Assembly (NCBI GenBank): GCA_048881705.1 | Contig: JBHLSH010000013.1 | Span: 1-58,303 of the forward strand | Direction of reading: 5' to 3' | DNA length: 58,303 nucleotides | Origin: Candidatus Heimdallarchaeota archaeon | GTDB lineage: Archaea > Asgardarchaeota > Heimdallarchaeia > Hodarchaeales > Hodarchaeaceae | Shown: positions 1-9,216 of the stretch, piece by piece | Layout: every line of letters starts with the position of its first letter | Numbering within the stretch: the stretch's first letter is position 1 | Made by a program: the position numbers and the translations under genes | Notes under the pieces: generated by a model | The model's database searches: none | What the model saw: only the letters and a program-made list of their open reading frames with translations | What the model was told of the DNA's origin: nothing

Positions 1-1166
1 ATGGGTACCTCCATCAAAGTGGGAAAGTACATAAACACACCAAATAGGACGCCAATCAGATTTGCAAGGATAGTATTACGTCCTACCAGCGTTACTACTA
101 GTTCAGGAGGAATAAAGAATTTCACAAAGCCAGCGATGACCACACCTATAATGATTAATGGGAAAATGGACTTCACAAAAATCCAGGTCTCGAAAAGCCA
201 CGCACGAATGTCATCTGTATCAAACTGGTTCCTTACGAAGAGAAGTAATCCAAGAACCACTAGGCTTGTTAAGAGTAGTTTAATCACCATATTACTTATA
301 GCGGGACTTATGACAACATTCAAGAGATTAAGGTCCTCGGAAAAATACGTAATTTGAGACGTGCCAGTCATTAATACATAAACTAGCCAGAGAAATAGTA
401 CTAATTCCTTACTAGGAATTTTGAAGGTTAGAATGATAAGAATCAGCAACCCCAGAAGAAAGATGATGGTTTGAACAAGAGTAGGGTTCTGAAGGAGTGG
501 AGAAATTACTGGCCACCCCGAAAAAAGAGTATTACCCAGAGTACCAATTATATTAGAATCTAATGTAGCTAAAAGTATCGAAGCAATTCCTAGTCCAACA
601 ATTAGGAGCATGTTTGATTTGGAAACCTCCATATTATTAGGTATACGAGATTCCTGCGTTGTTGGATCTGTAGTGATACTGGCTGGATTATTTGAGTGAT
701 TGCCATTTTGATCTATCTTTTTTCCAAAAACAGCTGCCATAATTAACCCTATGAGGATCGCAAAAATGATCGCTAAAATCCCTCTTGCTATAGCAATGTC
801 CATTCCTACAAGCGTTCCTGTATAGGTCAGTGCGAGAATGTTAATTGCAGGTGCAACAAACAAGAAAGTTATCGCTGGCCCCAATCCTGCTCCCCGTTTC
901 CAAATACTCACAAATAACGGAAGAACTGTACAGCTACAAACTGCTAACAGAAAACCACCAGCTGTTGCTATAGGATAGGCTATTTTAGAGTCAGCATCTT
1001 TTCCCATATATCGGGTAATCAAGTCTTTAGGAATAAAATAAGACATGGCTCCTGCAATAAAGAAAGCAGGAACAAGACAAAGTAACACATGAAGAGAAAG
1101 ATAATCTAGTAAAGTTATTATAGCGCTTTCTAGTGCTCCTTGGATCAGTCCAACGAAATCAACCAT
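1..1166 (-). CDS. DUF318/ArsP-family permease (runs off the left edge)
   Basis: Not in the ORF track because no stop lies in the window. Manual translation from ATG at 1166 gives MVDFVGLIQGALESAIITLLDYLSLHVLLCLVPAFFIAGAM...LAVCSCTVLPLF...GAGLGPAITFLFVAPAIN, with the CSC motif of DUF318 permeases. Divergent from ArsR. Confidence 0.85.
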   Translation of the reverse strand, partial: MVDFVGLIQGALESAIITLLDYLSLHVLLCLVPAFFIAGAMSYFIPKDLITRYMGKDADSKIAYPIATAGGFLLAVCSCTVLPLFVSIWKRGAGLGPAITFLFVAPAINILALTYTGTLVGMDIAIARGILAIIFAILIGLIMAAVFGKKIDQNGNHSNNPASITTDPTTQESRIPNNMEVSKSNMLLIVGLGIASILLATLDSNIIGTLGNTLFSGWPVISPLLQNPTLVQTIIFLLGLLILIILTFKIPSKELVLFLWLVYVLMTGTSQITYFSEDLNLLNVVISPAISNMVIKLLLTSLVVLGLLLFVRNQFDTDDIRAWLFETWIFVKSIFPLIIIGVVIAGFVKFFIPPELVVTLVGRNTILANLIGVLFGVFMYFPTLMEVP

Positions 1167-1200
1167 GTACAGATCCTTCTTCGGAGATACTTTTCGTATC

Positions 1201-1246
1201 ATATCGATAATCTTCGATATATAAACATATCGAAATATCGAAATAT
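1201..1246. promoter_or_regulatory. Putative ArsR operator overlapping divergent TATA-like boxes
   Basis: Perfect inverted repeat ATATCGA-N6-TCGATAT (1201-1220), then tandem ATATCGAA at 1227-1234 and 1235-1242. TATATAAA at 1218-1225 and TTTAAAA just after 1245. Confidence 0.55.
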
Positions 1247-1334
1247 TTAAAATTATGGATAAGCAAATGATTGAAATAACCATCAGGATATTTGGTTGTA
1301 GAAAATTTTGAAATGATTTGAGGCCCATTCTAAA

Positions 1335-1721
1335 ATGAGTGTTTCTGTCCTGGAAGGAAAATTAAAAGACTTGCTAGATTCAGAATTGGTCGTCTGGAAG
1401 TCTGTTTCGAATCGAATAGAAGAATTAAAACTCCTTAAAAGCAGGCTTAACACCTTAAAGGAACAAACACAGTTCAAAGAGTTTAGAAAGCAGATAAAAG
1501 CTTTGAATCATACAGTTAGAATTCAAATTCTGACAGCGATAAATAACGGAGTAAAATGCTCTTGCGAACTTGAATATTTAACGAATCTTGCTCAAGCAAC
1601 GGTTTCTCATCATCTTTCATTGCTTGAGGATGCAGGTTTGATAGCTCGAACACGAGAAGGAAAAAGGAGTTTTTTCTCAATTAAGAATCAGGAAGTTGTG
1701 GATTCGTTCATCAGCTTTTAA
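1335..1721 (+). CDS. arsR: ArsR/SmtB-family metalloregulator
   Basis: RIQIL...KCSCELEYLTNLAQATVSHHLSLLEDAGLI..TREG matches the ArsR winged helix, with a CxC metalloid-binding motif before the recognition helix. Confidence 0.88.
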   Translation: MSVSVLEGKLKDLLDSELVVWKSVSNRIEELKLLKSRLNTLKEQTQFKEFRKQIKALNHTVRIQILTAINNGVKCSCELEYLTNLAQATVSHHLSLLEDAGLIARTREGKRSFFSIKNQEVVDSFISF

Positions 1722-1772
1722 CTCTTCCTACTCCCTAATAAACTTAGATTAAATAGAATAGAAGCGTTCTAA

Positions 1773-2226
1773 TGTTCTAGAAACTGGATAACCAAATTCG
1801 GATTTGATGAATCGGCTAAAAAGATTGAATCCGATTCCGACCCCAATTCCCGATTTAATCTTGATCAATTGGTATATGATAGTGAATCAGATTGGGTTGT
1901 TATATTTGAGGGACTTAAAAAGGATTTTGTCGCTAGTCAAGACAAGCCGTGACGGAAATCGCTTTTGGAATAAGACATTCATCAATCCTGGAGGTGGAGA
2001 AGTCAGTCTATCAATTATCGAACCAGGTGAGAACTCTTTTATGCCTTCTGGATAGATAAGCTCAATTGGTAAAGGAATGATTGACTTCTGGTGAGTGAAA
2101 ATAACAGAGACTGATAGTAATTCCGCTTGTAGCAACAATATTTCGGGATGGCCATTTTTTGTAGGGTTTTTTGCCTTGAGTGTTATTCTAACTAAAAAGA
2201 AAACACATTTTCAGAGAAATTCGTAA
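1773..2226 (+). pseudogene. Decayed C-terminal part of a secreted beta-propeller surface protein with a C-terminal anchor
   Basis: Reads ...KKDF/(frameshift at 1929-1932)LVKTSRDGNRFWNKTF...SIIEPG...G*ISSIGKGMIDFW*VKITETDSNS...NISGWPFFVGFFALSVILTKKKTH. This resembles the DxWLVKTDxxGNxxWNKT propeller repeat. In-frame TAG at 2053 and TGA at 2092; final TAA at 2224-2226. Confidence 0.6.
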
Positions 2227-2348
2227 CCCAAAGTCGAAATTAGTGTTTTTGACAAGGTATGGATTTTTTTCCTTTTTCTCTTTCTTTTCGTAGGACGGAA
2301 GGTATCGTTCGAAATCCCCCCCAAATCTTACTATGATGAAAAGGAAAT

Positions 2349-2834
2349 TCAACGATTATCAAATCCTGATTTTGAAAGATTGAATCGCTTAATCAATTTA
2401 TAATCATGTTCTCGATAATGATCAGTACTATTTCCCATTATCAACCGGAATACTGTCTTTCGCGAATCTTTAAAAAAGGACCGAGACTTCAGGTCATCAT
2501 TTGAAAGCTTCTCTATTTCAATTATTAGATTTGTGAAAGTTTTATTTGCTTCTACCAAGATTTTTTCTAATGATAATCCATTGGTTTGACTAAATATGAA
2601 TGAATTTCTTTTTCTAATTGATTCATTCCAGAATTTAATATTTTTTATCGATTTTTGTCTTAATGCGTTTACAATTTCAAATTCATACCAATAAATATGT
2701 GCTATTACATCTTTCAGAGTCCATTTATCTTTTATTATTTCATTGGCATATCCATTATCGATTAAAGTCTTGATTAACAAATTCCACCGGTTTCGCTCCC
2801 GTTTCATTGTACTAATGAATTCTTTTAATGTCAT
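2349..2834 (-). CDS. DinB-like four-helix-bundle protein (ClbS/DfsB, DUF1706-like)
   Basis: WTLKDVIAHIYWYE...HYREH motifs. ATG at 2834 preferred over TTG at 2873. Confidence 0.8.
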   Translation of the reverse strand: MTLKEFISTMKRERNRWNLLIKTLIDNGYANEIIKDKWTLKDVIAHIYWYEFEIVNALRQKSIKNIKFWNESIRKRNSFIFSQTNGLSLEKILVEANKTFTNLIIEIEKLSNDDLKSRSFFKDSRKTVFRLIMGNSTDHYREHDYKLIKRFNLSKSGFDNR

Positions 2835-2948
2835 AATAATCGCGCTTTTCAAACTGATGATTAATATTGACAATCATCAAAGGTGATTTATTCAATTCTA
2901 ATGTTTTCCACATTTTTCGAGATTAGGTTCAAGATAATATTTCTTATG

Positions 2949-3091
2949 GCGCCATACGGCGCATGTAATCCTTAAGCACATGGAGAACCTCCGTAAGGAT
3001 TCATCATGAGCGATATGTTGTCATATATATGGTCGTTAAACTCGGATGAAAGGACTTACACCTGAATGAACGACCTTGATATGAGATGAGC
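2949..3091. ncRNA. Candidate structured non-coding RNA or cis-element
   Basis: Paired segments: GCGCC/GGCGC (2949-2962); AATCCTTA/TAAGGATT (2967-2974 with 2994-3001) enclosing GGAG/CTCC; GGTCGTT/AACGACC (3031-3037 with 3069-3075) extended by TCATAT/ATATGA. Internal GGATGA-N12-CTGA. Confidence 0.4.
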
Positions 3092-3268
3092 ATTATAACA
3101 ACAAATGTCGATTGAATATGCAGTATAATTGGGGGAGTGGTATCGATTTTTGCATTTTGCTTACCTCTTCAGGAGTTCTTAAAAACTTCAGTATGTAAGA
3201 TATTGTGTCCCCAGCTAGGATCATCGTTCTCTATTCTAATAGCTAAAAACAAGAATGAGCGGTCAGAA

Positions 3269-4363
3269 GTGATCCAAGAAGTACCACAGTACCAATTAAT
3301 GGACTTTTGGCCCTATTTTAAAAGACATAGGATTATGAACGTACTAGCCCAAAATTTGGTGTGGTCTAAAGTGAGTGGATTTGTAAATAGTTTGACAAAT
3401 CCAGAGGTTGTAATGTTTCTATGTCAGCAGGGGCCTTGTTTTTTAACAGGAAATAGCAAAGCTGAAGAGTTAAAAGAGTTTTTAGTGAAAATTCCGGAAA
3501 AAACATATATTTACGTACCCTCGCAGGAATGGGAATCAAGTTTTAGAGCTCAATGGACCTACTTTGGATATATTCCACGTACTGAACTTTCTGCTAAGAG
3601 TTTATCCCTACAGATTATTCGCAGGATATTCAGTCCATTACCTAAGGAATTTCAGTTGAAGAAGGTTGATATAGAAGCAGTAAGACAAATTCCAAATCAA
3701 AATTTTTCAAATTATTTAGTAGAAATGAAAAATTATTTTGGAAGTCCCGAGAAATTTATCGAAGAAGGAGTGGGGTTCTGTATTCAGAAAAATGAAGCAA
3801 TTTTGTGCGTGGTGATTGGTTTTTTGGCATCTGTCCCAATTACTCAAAGTCTTGAACTCTATATTGCAACTCATCCAGATTACCGTGGAAGAGGTTTTGC
3901 AACATTAGTAGGTGCCAAGATGATTGAATATTGTTTAACAAAAGGAATTGAACCCCATTGGGATGCAGCAAATCCATTATCTGTGAAGCTAGCGCAAAAA
4001 TTAGGATATACCCATCCTGAACCGTATAAATGCTATTACTGGCGAAAAAATCCATGGTCTATTTCGGAACTAAAAGAAGTTTTTCATCCTCAATTTGAAA
4101 AAGGATTAAGAAATATGCAATTGATCAAATCAGAGATAGCTTCAGTGATGGTAAAACAACAGAATAAAAACACTAGACTTACCCTCTTATCACGATTAAT
4201 TAAGGCTCAGTGGAATTTTAAAGAAATTCTTTTAAATATCAATCGGTTTCTCGAAACTAAGATTGTAAAAGAGTCAGATGTTCCGCAATTCAAAGAATAT
4301 GGGGAAAAACTTATGCAGGAACTTGCGACTTTGGAACATCTCAAGAATAGACTAAATTGGTAG
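3269..4363 (+). CDS. GNAT-family N-acetyltransferase (PF12746-like) with helical C-terminal extension
   Basis: GFCI...ELYIATHPDYRGRGFATLVG...YCLTKGIEPHWDAANPLSVKLAQKLGY. GTG start at 3269 (MIQEV) chosen because it aligns with the N-terminus of the paralog at 47196. Confidence 0.85.
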   Translation: MIQEVPQYQLMDFWPYFKRHRIMNVLAQNLVWSKVSGFVNSLTNPEVVMFLCQQGPCFLTGNSKAEELKEFLVKIPEKTYIYVPSQEWESSFRAQWTYFGYIPRTELSAKSLSLQIIRRIFSPLPKEFQLKKVDIEAVRQIPNQNFSNYLVEMKNYFGSPEKFIEEGVGFCIQKNEAILCVVIGFLASVPITQSLELYIATHPDYRGRGFATLVGAKMIEYCLTKGIEPHWDAANPLSVKLAQKLGYTHPEPYKCYYWRKNPWSISELKEVFHPQFEKGLRNMQLIKSEIASVMVKQQNKNTRLTLLSRLIKAQWNFKEILLNINRFLETKIVKESDVPQFKEYGEKLMQELATLEHLKNRLNW

Positions 4364-4567
4364 AGAATTTTTTTCTCTTTGAAGGGAGGAGAAGAAGCTG
4401 TAACATCTATCAAAATTTCTTCGTTCAGGAGATTTAGATCAGCAGAAACTATTTATAGTTGAATTTTAAACTTTTAATACTTTGACCTTATGTATAGAGG
4501 AATTGGATATATATGATACAAATATGCGGCAAAGGATAGCGGATATCTTGGCTGAGGGGAAAATATA

Positions 4568-5626
4568 GTGGCACACTTAATATCTACAAAACATTATATC
4601 CACCAACTAACGTTGACAGGAGTATTAAAAACATGGAAAAAATCGGATTACGAGTTAATAAACCAAGCAAGGGTTTACGAAGACAAAACGAAAAGCTATT
4701 GGGCACGACTCAATTACAGGATTTTTCCATTCAATGAATTTCTATATATCTGGGGATTGAATTCCATAACGATTTGGAACGCCAACAAATTACGATTCGA
4801 AGAAAATTTGGATTTTCCTGGGATTTTGGATGATTACGTAAAGCAAAACCGATTTAGGATCCGAAGTTTGATTGTTGATAACGAAAGTGTCTATGCATTT
4901 TCTCAGGGTGGGAAGCTCATTATTTTAGACCGTAGGTTAAATAGAAATGTCTTTTCCTCGCTAGGATCTGATTTTCCAGTGAAAGTGAAAATGCACAAAA
5001 ATGATAATCCCTCGAACTACAGCGTATCTGGTGTTTATGATTATAAAAACGTAATTTTCGTCAGCGGAGGATTTGACGATTTTCCGCCTGGGGGAGCCGA
5101 GAAAGATTGGATAGCCTTTTTGAGCATTTTTGATAAAAACCAGAGAAAAATCATCTTCACGAAAGAAACAAGGCATGCTCGAATTAAAGGGTTAGTAGCC
5201 GATGATCAATATTTATATCTGCTAAAATTTTACGAATATGGCCCCGGTGCCTATTTTGGCTTTTTAAACTTGAAATGTCTCGAATTTGTCCCTACCTGGC
5301 ATTCCTTTTTTGATGTTTTCTTCTTCCATATCAGAATTCATGAGAATAAGGTGTACTTGGCTTCAAAAAAGAAGATTTACATTATTAAAACCCAAACTTT
5401 GCTCAGATTATGTAAAGAAGAGCGAAGAACGGATAATGGTTTGAATCGACCTATCTCAGAAAAAAAATTGACATGTATATTCGAATTAGCTATTAACGAT
5501 CAATCTAAAGATCCCACGATCTCAGATTTGGTGGTCGATGATCAACATATACTCATAGAGTCAGATAGGGAGCAAGTTTGGGTGTTAGATCCCGAAAGCC
5601 ATCAGGTAGTCTGTAAGCTGGAATGA
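4568..5626 (+). CDS. Hypothetical protein, beta-rich (possible propeller)
   Basis: 352-aa ORF with recurring short beta-strand patterns (SLIVDNESVYAF, GLVADDQYLYLL, DLVVDDQHILI). No family recognised. Confidence 0.6.
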   Translation: MAHLISTKHYIHQLTLTGVLKTWKKSDYELINQARVYEDKTKSYWARLNYRIFPFNEFLYIWGLNSITIWNANKLRFEENLDFPGILDDYVKQNRFRIRSLIVDNESVYAFSQGGKLIILDRRLNRNVFSSLGSDFPVKVKMHKNDNPSNYSVSGVYDYKNVIFVSGGFDDFPPGGAEKDWIAFLSIFDKNQRKIIFTKETRHARIKGLVADDQYLYLLKFYEYGPGAYFGFLNLKCLEFVPTWHSFFDVFFFHIRIHENKVYLASKKKIYIIKTQTLLRLCKEERRTDNGLNRPISEKKLTCIFELAINDQSKDPTISDLVVDDQHILIESDREQVWVLDPESHQVVCKLE

Positions 5627-5768
5627 AAACCGCTTACATCCGTAATTTACTTGCTCCCCTACCACGTTGAGGCGCACTATATCTTATCTCAATCGGAAGC
5701 TACAGCTTGACACGAAGTAAGGCCCAGATCCCATCCTTCTTTGGGGGGGAGGGAGTCTTTCTCCTTTT

Positions 5769-6845
5769 TCACCATCTATATCTTTTTAGATATAAAATCC
5801 CACCAATCAAAAGCACGATCACAACTTCGAATCCGTTTACTGGTTCAGATGTACTAGCGCTAGTGCTCTGTCTAGTAACTCCGACCCACCCAATTCGGTG
5901 TGCAGAATAAAACCTGGTTTCATACTGATTATTCGAGACTGTAGTGTACTGAAACGTAATGACATAGAAACTTCTGGTTAAATTGCTTATTTGGCCACTC
6001 ACACGATAAGCACGCAGGTAATCACTTTCGTAAGTGGTAGAATAGTCTTCCCAAATATATAGGGTTCGCCAGTATAGGTTAAGTTTAATGGTTAGCTGGG
6101 TAAGATCAAAATAAACCCAGCTTATGAGGATTTGATCAAAAAAGATGGAGTCGTTTTCCACAGTAACATTTACTTCGCCATCCTTCCAGTCATAGGGCCC
6201 GCCAACACACTCAGAAATAGTATATGTAAGTTGAGCTGAGGTTGAATCTTGAAGTTGAGGACGAGAATAAGGAAAGGGGTCATATTGAAGGTCATAGCCA
6301 GTACTTGTAACAGTCAAATTTGCCCCATACGTGTCTACGGCAACAAATCCAGTAGGAAATGCTTCTTCAAGAGAAAAATCCAAACGATAAAAACCGTTTG
6401 GTAAACGAAACAGTATATGATTTTCGATAGCAAATTGAAATGTGGTTGGCGTGGTTGAAATTCCTACTGGATATAAATCGGGTGTAATAACAGTGGCGGC
6501 TCCCGAACTCCGGGACAAGTTCATGCTTGAATTCTCCCAATCCGCTTCAATTGATATATAGATTCCACGAGAATCCGCGTACGAGGTTTTCAGCTCCACT
6601 TCTCCGGTATTCCAGATTTCATATACTATATCAAAGTTGAAGTAGGTGCAATTATAGAGATGAAGAAGATTCCAAGTAACTGAACGCAAACGCAAATGTA
6701 TATCTGGTTTTTCATCGAGTTCGCTAGCCTGCGCTTCTACAGGGTCGGTTTTCGAGCTTTTGACAATCACAGAAGGTATGAAAAACGATATCAAGACGAT
6801 AAGGCTCAGGATTTTAATAGATTTGATCCCTTTGTCTAAATCCAT
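5769..6845 (-). CDS. Secreted surface protein with C-terminal sorting or anchor signal
   Basis: N-terminal hydrophobic signal, many N-x-S/T sequons, ends TSASTSEPVNGFEVVIVLLIGGILYLKRYRW. Confidence 0.75.
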   Translation of the reverse strand: MDLDKGIKSIKILSLIVLISFFIPSVIVKSSKTDPVEAQASELDEKPDIHLRLRSVTWNLLHLYNCTYFNFDIVYEIWNTGEVELKTSYADSRGIYISIEADWENSSMNLSRSSGAATVITPDLYPVGISTTPTTFQFAIENHILFRLPNGFYRLDFSLEEAFPTGFVAVDTYGANLTVTSTGYDLQYDPFPYSRPQLQDSTSAQLTYTISECVGGPYDWKDGEVNVTVENDSIFFDQILISWVYFDLTQLTIKLNLYWRTLYIWEDYSTTYESDYLRAYRVSGQISNLTRSFYVITFQYTTVSNNQYETRFYSAHRIGWVGVTRQSTSASTSEPVNGFEVVIVLLIGGILYLKRYRW

Positions 6846-7125
6846 TCTCTCCAGCTTCGATCGTCCATTTTACGGTATTCAAATATTTATAAAACTATGC
6901 TCTGGAATTATAGACAAAGAACCCAGGTTTTCTTTTCTTCCCTCTTAATCTTGAGCCTTTTTTTATCATTACAGCTGCAGGGCAACTAGCTTTAGAGACC
7001 TGGCCTAGGAGGCCAAATTTTCTTACCGCAAATGCAATTGTCCGAACAGGGCAGTTTGGAGACTCCTTTGAATGCCCTTTTCTATATTTTTTTATAGTAG
7101 AGAGTCTGATTTTGTTCGATTTCAA

Positions 7126-8247
7126 ATGAGATTCAATTCGATGTTAAGTACATTGAGTATCGTTATTCTGCTTATTGTAATTCCTAATTCAATTTATTTT
7201 ACATCAGCTAGGCCTGCTGATCCAGTTATGTATGGGAATTCTGTTACTCCTAGCAAATATAACGTTAATATGACAATAGTGGATGAATTAAATGAAGGAG
7301 GGGGTGCTAAAGATATAGAAATTGTTGAGGGTATTGCTTATGTGTTATCAGATTCAGGGTTGAATGTCTACAATGTTGCTGACCCAAGTAATGTCTACGA
7401 ATTAGGTCATTATTATACAGATGGTTATCTCGGGCATTCAATAGCGGTATACAAGGATTATGTGTTTGCGGCAGCAGATGATAAAGGATTGAAAATCATC
7501 AATGTCACTGAACCTGCAAATCCAAGATTGGCGACCACCTATACAAATACTCGACCCGCAGGCATCTTTATTCAAAATGAATTATTATTTCTAGCCAATT
7601 GGATAAATGATTTTGAAATCTACGATATAACTAACGTTCCTTTGATAAGTGAAGTGATAAGATTCAAGGGTAACGGATTTAATCGTGCATTCGCATCTGA
7701 TGATTTATCCATCGGGTTTGCCAACAATGGAAGTTTACTGATATTAGATATCAATAATCCGGAAAATATTAAAGAAGCTAGACAGATAAATGACGAGGAG
7801 ATTTCCTGTGTAGCAATTTATCGCGACTGTTGGTATACGGGAGGGTCAAATGGAATTAAGGTGTTTAATTCAACACAACTATCAAATCCTGTATTGGTGA
7901 AGCATTTTACGGAGACAGAATCGTCATTTATTACTAATTTGGCAGTCCTAAATGGATTCTTATATGCTTCAGATTTTGAATTAGGGTTTAGAATATTTGA
8001 AATTTCGGAATCGTATAATTTGTCAGAAATTGGCCGCCATGAAGTAGGGGGTGTCCCCTTAGGATTTCAAGTTGAGGGGGAAATTGCATATGTTGCCAGT
8101 CAAAGAAGGGGCATAGAAATAGTGAAAATCCAGATTACGGAGACAAGGGCGACGTACTATGGATCAGAGGTTATTCTTCTGAGTATGTTTATTCTGGGTC
8201 TCTTTGCAGGAAGAAGGATGGCTCGAAAAGAACATTACCCTAGATGA
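7126..8247 (+). CDS. LVIVD-repeat beta-propeller surface protein
   Basis: Repeats such as IAVYKDYVFAAADDKGLKIINVTEPANP and LAVLNGFLYASDFELGFRIFEIS. Signal peptide and C-terminal TM plus basic tail. ATG at 7126 preferred. Confidence 0.85.
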   Translation: MRFNSMLSTLSIVILLIVIPNSIYFTSARPADPVMYGNSVTPSKYNVNMTIVDELNEGGGAKDIEIVEGIAYVLSDSGLNVYNVADPSNVYELGHYYTDGYLGHSIAVYKDYVFAAADDKGLKIINVTEPANPRLATTYTNTRPAGIFIQNELLFLANWINDFEIYDITNVPLISEVIRFKGNGFNRAFASDDLSIGFANNGSLLILDINNPENIKEARQINDEEISCVAIYRDCWYTGGSNGIKVFNSTQLSNPVLVKHFTETESSFITNLAVLNGFLYASDFELGFRIFEISESYNLSEIGRHEVGGVPLGFQVEGEIAYVASQRRGIEIVKIQITETRATYYGSEVILLSMFILGLFAGRRMARKEHYPR

Positions 8248-8324
8248 TTGTTTGGTTTTTCTTATCAAGTTTGGGGGAGAACATTGGCTATTGCAGGTTT
8301 TCTATATGCAATAACAAACCTACT

Positions 8325-8351
8325 ATTATTATTATTATTATTATTATTATT
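8325..8351. repeat. (ATT)9 trinucleotide microsatellite
   Basis: Nine perfect ATT units between convergent genes. Confidence 0.95.
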
Positions 8352-8416
8352 CTTGATCCTCTACTTTCCCCTTAGGCCTTATCCGATCAGGTTATTATCG
8401 TTTATTTGATTTGTCT

Positions 8417-8704
8417 TTACCGAGGACTGGATGAGCGCCATCGTTTAAGAGTGGGTAGGAGGATTCTGAGATAATCTCTTGCTTCTGACGTCGTCATATT
8501 ACGGGACTTTATAGTAGAAGGGACGGAGCTTTCAATCATTTCCTTAAGAGTAATTTCAGGTTCAATAAATTGTCCATTTTCATAACAATCATTACAATAA
8601 TCATCACAAAATGTTCCATCTTGTTCGGATCCTCTTTCATCAGTATTGGTTGGAAGACCACAGCTTTGACACAGAGGGGTAACTGGTTTCTTTTTGATCT
8701 TCAT
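8417..8704 (-). CDS. Zinc-ribbon domain protein (Zn_ribbon_2-like)
   Basis: CQSCGLP...GSEQDGTFCDDYCNDCYENGQF...LKRW pattern. Confidence 0.85.
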   Translation of the reverse strand: MKIKKKPVTPLCQSCGLPTNTDERGSEQDGTFCDDYCNDCYENGQFIEPEITLKEMIESSVPSTIKSRNMTTSEARDYLRILLPTLKRWRSSSPR

Positions 8705-8725
8705 TTTTTTGTCCCATTTTTAGTA

Positions 8726-9115
8726 CTATAAGATTCTGTTGGCCTTTTGTAGATCATCTACGCCGATGATTAATCTATTATTTTCGGCCAAATAAATCAA
8801 ATCAATATTTATTCCTTCCTGAGCTAACCTACGAAATATACTCCCTCCAGACCCGGGTTTCTTTACCATGTCTCTAATATCGATAACGAGGACATCACGC
8901 TGTTCCTTAATATTGAACCCAGCTCGTTCCAGTACATTATATGTTTTTCCAGGTTCTTCCACTAGAATATGAACTATATCTTCTCCTTCGCATAACGCTC
9001 CAGAAAGCCCTTCCATATTAATATTTTCCTTACCTAAAAGTTCTCCTAGTTCAGCCAACTTACCAGGCTTGTTTTCTAAAATAATGGCAAAATCTTTCAA
9101 TTGAGAAAACCTCAC
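8726..9115 (-). CDS. Tandem ACT-domain protein
   Basis: LENKPGKLAELGELLGKENINMEG and KKPGSGGSIFRRLAQEGINIDLIY are two ACT repeats. Confidence 0.88.
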   Translation of the reverse strand: MRFSQLKDFAIILENKPGKLAELGELLGKENINMEGLSGALCEGEDIVHILVEEPGKTYNVLERAGFNIKEQRDVLVIDIRDMVKKPGSGGSIFRRLAQEGINIDLIYLAENNRLIIGVDDLQKANRIL

Positions 9116-9216
9116 TATCTATTTTCTTATAGATAGAGGCGTTATAGTATTTATAGTTTCCCTCCAGTCATATCCAGGAACGACTTCACAGCGAATAGCC
9201 AAGGAGGTAGTTAACC

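Noticed and set aside
1-357. 118-aa + strand ORF
   Set aside because: Antisense shadow of the permease on the minus strand.
1887-2138. Minus-strand ORF that stays open past its TGA (possible selenoprotein)
   Set aside because: No redox motif around the TGA, and the + strand explains the region as a surface-protein pseudogene.
2949-2966. GCGCCGTATG on the minus strand resembling group II intron domain V
   Set aside because: The complementary 3' arm and domain VI are absent, and there is no RT gene.
3044-3066. ATGA...GA as a SECIS element
   Set aside because: The helix between the motifs is only about 3 bp, there is no apical AAA, and there is no upstream UGA-containing selenoprotein candidate.
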